Of a stretch of DNA of 19,876 nucleotides, positions 15,875 through 19,876 are shown piece by piece. Every line of letters starts with the position of its first letter. The first letter of the stretch is position 1. The position numbers and the translations under genes are program-made. The notes beneath the pieces were generated by a model. That model did not search any database and was not told the origin of the DNA. It saw only the letters and a list, made by a program, of their open reading frames with translations. The stretch is from positions 1 through 19,876 of the forward strand of contig JBHLLO010000057.1 of NCBI GenBank assembly GCA_048885535.1, in the 5' to 3' direction. This DNA comes from Candidatus Hermodarchaeota archaeon. GTDB lineage: Archaea; Asgardarchaeota; Lokiarchaeia; Sigyniarchaeales; SOKP01.

Positions 15875-18046
15875 ATGATAGCTGATCACGATATCTCTTA
15901 TTTTTTCAATCCAAAAAGTATATCCGTAGTTGGAGCAAGTCCTACTCCAGGTAAAGTGGGATATAATGTATTGAAGAATATAATAGACTCCGGTTATTCA
16001 GGTAAAATTTATCCTATTAATCCCACAGCAACAGAAATTCTTAATAATAAAACATACAAAAGCGTACTAGATGTTGTAGATGAAATAGATATTGCTATTT
16101 TAGTCATTCCTGCTAAAAAGGTCCTAGCTGTAGCTGAAGAGTGTGGAAAGAAAAAAATTAAGGGTTTAGTTGTAATTTCAGCTGGTTTTAAAGAGATTGG
16201 AGCTGAAGGTATTCAAAGAGAGCGTGATCTTATTAATATTGCAAAAAAATACAATATGAGGGTTATTGGTCCTAATTGTTTAGGGTTTGTGGGAAGCCGA
16301 TATAATGGATCTTTTGCAGCTAATACTCCTAAAAAAGGACATATTGCTATGATCTCTCAGTCTGGAGCAATGCTAACAGGAATGATGGATTATTCTATGG
16401 ACCAAGCTTTTGGATTTTCATGCAATATTAGTTTGGGTAATAAAGCCGATCTTGATGAAGTTGATTTTATTGAGTACTTATCAGAAGATCCTGAGACAAA
16501 AGTTATTTTATGTTATTTAGAGAGCATAGAAAGTGGAGAAAAGTTCCTAAAAATTGTTCCCAAAGCCTCTAAAAAAAAGCCAATAATTATTTTGAAAGCA
16601 GGAATCAGTGAGGCTGGAGCTAGAGCGGCATCTAGTCATACAGGGGCTCTAGCAGGTTCTAATATCGCATATACACTTGCTTTTGATAAGTGTGGAGTTT
16701 TACGAGCAAATACTATAGAAGATTTATTTGATTATGGCGAAATTTTTCTTTTTCAGCCGATTCCTAAAAAGAATTCTTTTGCTATAATTACTAATGCAGG
16801 AGGACCTGGAATCGTGGCAACTGATGCATTTGAACGCGAAAATTTAAGGTTTGCGGAATTTTCAGAACCAATACTCCATCAATTAAGAAATGAACTTCCT
16901 CTAGAAGCCGCTATATTTAATCCCATTGACATTATTGGAGATGCTTCACCCAAACGCTATGAATTCACTATTAAAACTATATTTGGGTTAAATTCTGAAA
17001 ATACTCCTATAAAAATTAATAAAGAGGATGTAACAACTTATGGAGCACTGATTATAATGTCTCCTCAAGCACAAACGCATCCAAATGACGTCGCTAAAAT
17101 AATTCATAATATTTCTAAGAACTATTTATCAGAAAAACCTATAGTATGCTCCTTTATTGGAGGCATTTCAATCAATGAAGCTACTAGATATTTAAAGCAA
17201 AATTATGTCCCCTGTTATCCTTTCCCTGAAGAAGCAGCCCAATCTCTGAAAGTAATGGTTGATTATAGTGAATACCTAAAAAAAGTCCCCTTAGATGAAA
17301 TAAAAGTCCCTCAATTTAAAGTGAAAAAGAGAAGGGTTAGGGAAATATTTAAAAGTGCTAGAAACGACGGTAGAACTGTTCTTTTAAGTCATGAAACAAG
17401 TGAGGTTTTTGAATGTTATGGAATTAAATCACCAAAATCAAGATTAGCAAAAACACCTCGGGAAGCCATGAAAATTCAAGAAGAACTAGGAAATGTTGTA
17501 ATGAAAATTGTAAGCCCTCAAATAATCCACAAGGTTGATGTGGGGGGCGTTGTATTAAATATTAATTCTCCCGAACAAGCATTTGAAGCATATATTCAGA
17601 TTGTAGATAATTCAAAAAAATTTGGTCCTCAAAACGCAATAATCTATGGCGTAGAAGTACAAGAATTTATTAAATATAGTAAAGAAAAGAAGGTTAATGA
17701 ATTAATCATAGGAATGTCAAGAGATCCCCAATTTGGTCCTCTATTGATGGTTGGATCCGGCGGGATTTATGCGAATTTTCTAAAAGACGTCTCATTTGCG
17801 CTCTCGTATATGTTTACTAAGGAGGATGCTAAAAATATGTTACAAAAAACTAAGATTTTTAGTTTATTACAAGGGGTAAGAGGTGAAAGTCCTTCTGATA
17901 TAGAAGCAATTATTGAAGTATTGCTTCGACTCTCCCAATTAGTAAATGAATTTCCAGATATCATGGAATTGGATATTAATCCTCTTTTAAGTTTTATAGA
18001 AGGGTATTCTGCCGTTGATATAAAAATTACAATTTCCCGTGAATGA
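15875..18046 (+). CDS. acdAB: Acetate-CoA ligase (ADP-forming), fused alpha-beta subunits
   Basis: CoA-binding domain (VVGAS, SAGFKE, GPNCLG), phospho-His SSHTGALAGS, TNAGGPG, NPIDIIGDA, and ATP-grasp with HKVDVGGV, DPQFGP and ELDINPL. No GNAT domain. Confidence 0.92.
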   Translation: MIADHDISYFFNPKSISVVGASPTPGKVGYNVLKNIIDSGYSGKIYPINPTATEILNNKTYKSVLDVVDEIDIAILVIPAKKVLAVAEECGKKKIKGLVVISAGFKEIGAEGIQRERDLINIAKKYNMRVIGPNCLGFVGSRYNGSFAANTPKKGHIAMISQSGAMLTGMMDYSMDQAFGFSCNISLGNKADLDEVDFIEYLSEDPETKVILCYLESIESGEKFLKIVPKASKKKPIIILKAGISEAGARAASSHTGALAGSNIAYTLAFDKCGVLRANTIEDLFDYGEIFLFQPIPKKNSFAIITNAGGPGIVATDAFERENLRFAEFSEPILHQLRNELPLEAAIFNPIDIIGDASPKRYEFTIKTIFGLNSENTPIKINKEDVTTYGALIIMSPQAQTHPNDVAKIIHNISKNYLSEKPIVCSFIGGISINEATRYLKQNYVPCYPFPEEAAQSLKVMVDYSEYLKKVPLDEIKVPQFKVKKRRVREIFKSARNDGRTVLLSHETSEVFECYGIKSPKSRLAKTPREAMKIQEELGNVVMKIVSPQIIHKVDVGGVVLNINSPEQAFEAYIQIVDNSKKFGPQNAIIYGVEVQEFIKYSKEKKVNELIIGMSRDPQFGPLLMVGSGGIYANFLKDVSFALSYMFTKEDAKNMLQKTKIFSLLQGVRGESPSDIEAIIEVLLRLSQLVNEFPDIMELDINPLLSFIEGYSAVDIKITISRE

Positions 18047-18114
18047 ATTTATAAGAAAATATAAAAAATTTAATAAATTTAATAAAAAATGATAAAGGAA
18101 GGAAGAAATTAGTT

Positions 18115-19179
18115 ATGGCAAAGACGATTTATTTGTGTTCTTTATCTGAGCATGTTGGAAAGACAACACTTTCGATAGGAATTATGTTAAAGCTACAGGA
18201 AGAAGGAAAGAAAGTAGCTTACTTTAAACCAATTGGTATTCCTAAAGGCGCTTTTAGTGATAAGAGTGATAGGGATACGGGTTTTATCCTTCATACTGTG
18301 TTTAAAACCTCCTTACCATACGATATTATTAGTCCTGTATCAGTACCGGATTGCTATTATGTAGACTTAATTGATGCCTCTAAAAAAGAAGATTACTTAA
18401 ATAATATTAAAAAGGCTTATGATGAATTAATTAAGGATTATGACTATATCATAATTGAAGGCGCTCCGAGCATAAAAAGGTATATTCGTGTAGGATTAGA
18501 CGATATAACTATTGCTCAAAAATTGGGATTAGAGGAATTAGTTTTTATACAAGCAGAATCCTCAGATAAGTGTATTGATAGTCTATTTTTTACGAAAAAT
18601 TACTTCGAATTTAGAAATATGAAATTTAAAGGAATAATTTTTAATAAAATCGATTACGATTATACAGCAAGAATCAAAGAATTGCAAGAAAACCATATTG
18701 ATCGCTATAATATTCCTGTAATTGGTCTCATAGAAAAAAGTTTAGAATTATTGAGCCCTCGGGTATCTGAAATTCAATTTGCAATAGGTGCTGAATTAAT
18801 TAATGAACCTGCAAAAGAGAATTTGGAACAAATTGTAGAAACTTATATCATTGCGGCAATGAATGTCCAAGCTGCGTTAAAGTATCTAAGATCAGTTAAA
18901 AAAGCAGCAGTTATTACGGGGGGAGACAGAATTGATGTTTCGCTTGCAGCATTAAAGGAGGATGTAGTAGCGTTAGTCTTGACAGGATTTATTCAACCAG
19001 ATGTAGCTGTCATTAGAGCAGCAAACGAAAAGAAAGTTCCAATTCTTTTGTCTCCAAGCGATACTTACACCACAATCCGAAATATGGAACGCATAAAACC
19101 TGGGATTCAATCGGAAGAAATCCAAATAGTAAAAGAACTTGTAAAAACAAAACTTAATTGGGACATCTTACTGAAATAA
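18115..19179 (+). CDS. BioD-like/DRTGG protein (N-terminal domains of phosphotransacetylase, no catalytic Pta domain)
   Basis: HVGKTT P-loop, YFKPIG, IIIEGA, ITGGDRID and LVLTG. Confidence 0.9.
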   Translation: MAKTIYLCSLSEHVGKTTLSIGIMLKLQEEGKKVAYFKPIGIPKGAFSDKSDRDTGFILHTVFKTSLPYDIISPVSVPDCYYVDLIDASKKEDYLNNIKKAYDELIKDYDYIIIEGAPSIKRYIRVGLDDITIAQKLGLEELVFIQAESSDKCIDSLFFTKNYFEFRNMKFKGIIFNKIDYDYTARIKELQENHIDRYNIPVIGLIEKSLELLSPRVSEIQFAIGAELINEPAKENLEQIVETYIIAAMNVQAALKYLRSVKKAAVITGGDRIDVSLAALKEDVVALVLTGFIQPDVAVIRAANEKKVPILLSPSDTYTTIRNMERIKPGIQSEEIQIVKELVKTKLNWDILLK

Positions 19180-19282
19180 AGCTGGAAATTGTTTTTTCAA
19201 AATTTTCTCCTTTAAAAAAATCCTCTAAAATTTTTCAAATAAAAAAATAAAAAAAAACATTATTGATTTAAATAAATAGTAT

Positions 19283-19648
19283 TTAATCTTTTAAAGCTAG
19301 TCCTAGAATTCCGCCAACTAGTAGTATGAATGGATCAACAAAGAAAAATGTGTAAACCAATGTGACAGGAATGTAACCAAGATAAAGTCCTATGGGGATA
19401 AACATCCCTATAACTGCTACAATCCCTGCAAGTAGCATAAGAACGGCTCCTGGAACTCTTTTTCCAGCAAAACCTAAGATTGCACCAATTAAACCAAGAA
19501 TTCCAAGTATCAATGTTGTCATAATTCTAATTACAAATAACATACCTAAACCAATAGTTATTAGGCCAAAAAGAGCAGCAACTATGAGTAATGAACTTCC
19601 GATAATTCCAACAATAGGACCTGCAAGTTCTTTTCCTTTAGCTCCCAT
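19283..19648 (-). CDS. Small integral membrane protein (about 4 TM, Gly-rich)
   Basis: ATG-started ORF made almost entirely of hydrophobic helices with GxxG motifs. Confidence 0.8.
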   Translation of the reverse strand: MGAKGKELAGPIVGIIGSSLLIVAALFGLITIGLGMLFVIRIMTTLILGILGLIGAILGFAGKRVPGAVLMLLAGIVAVIGMFIPIGLYLGYIPVTLVYTFFFVDPFILLVGGILGLALKD

Positions 19649-19794
19649 ATATTTTCACTTTTTATGTTTTTTTGGATTCGATTCAACTAATAAAAACAAT
19701 TTTTATTAGATACTAATATCTTTCTACAATTCTATTTAAATATATCTATTGGGAGGGAAATGATTCCCTCATAAATTTTTTTCTAAAATTAAAA

Positions 19795-19876
19795 TCAAAT
19801 TAGAGGTCCAATTTCATCCAAAAGTTGAAAATCTATAGGTTTCGTGATATTTCGACAAATAAGTAAATTATAATTT
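19795..19876 (-). CDS. Possible 3' end of a gene entering from the right edge
   Basis: Minus-strand frame open from the edge: NYNLLICRNITKPIDFQLLDEIGPLI, then TGA. Too short to identify. Confidence 0.35.
   Translation of the reverse strand, partial: NYNLLICRNITKPIDFQLLDEIGPLI

Noticed and set aside
5927-19709. Short ORFs 5927-6271(-), 9443-9718(-), 12183-12368(+), 17767-17964(-) and 19392-19709(+)
   Set aside because: Each is antisense to a well-supported gene and has no recognisable features.

Overview
AT-rich archaeal window, most likely an Asgard (Lokiarchaeia-like) genome. This is inferred from the gene content, the split selenocysteine hydrogenase and a eukaryote-type SECIS. The core is a hydrogenase locus: hypE-hypD-hypF (then purF) on the minus strand, divergent from vhuG-vhuA-vhuU-hdrC-hdrB (group 3c [NiFe(Se)]-hydrogenase plus heterodisulfide reductase B/C), followed by hypC and cooC. 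The right part carries hypotheticals, a very acidic microprotein, a cyclophilin, an ADP-forming acetate-CoA ligase and a Pta-N/DRTGG protein. Main finding: two hydrogenase subunit genes that the ORF track calls wrongly are each interrupted by a 31-nt frameshifting insertion that folds as a bulge-helix-bulge (BHB, tRNA-splicing-endonuclease-type) intron. One is in vhuG (6026-6056, canonical BHB) and one in vhuU (8737-8767, relaxed BHB). Removing them at the predicted cut sites restores the metal-binding motifs (SDCWGC; RCFDCULSCAAH with UGA=Sec). A eukaryote-like SECIS overlaps the vhuU stop codon. All folding and translation were done by eye; no database searches were run.
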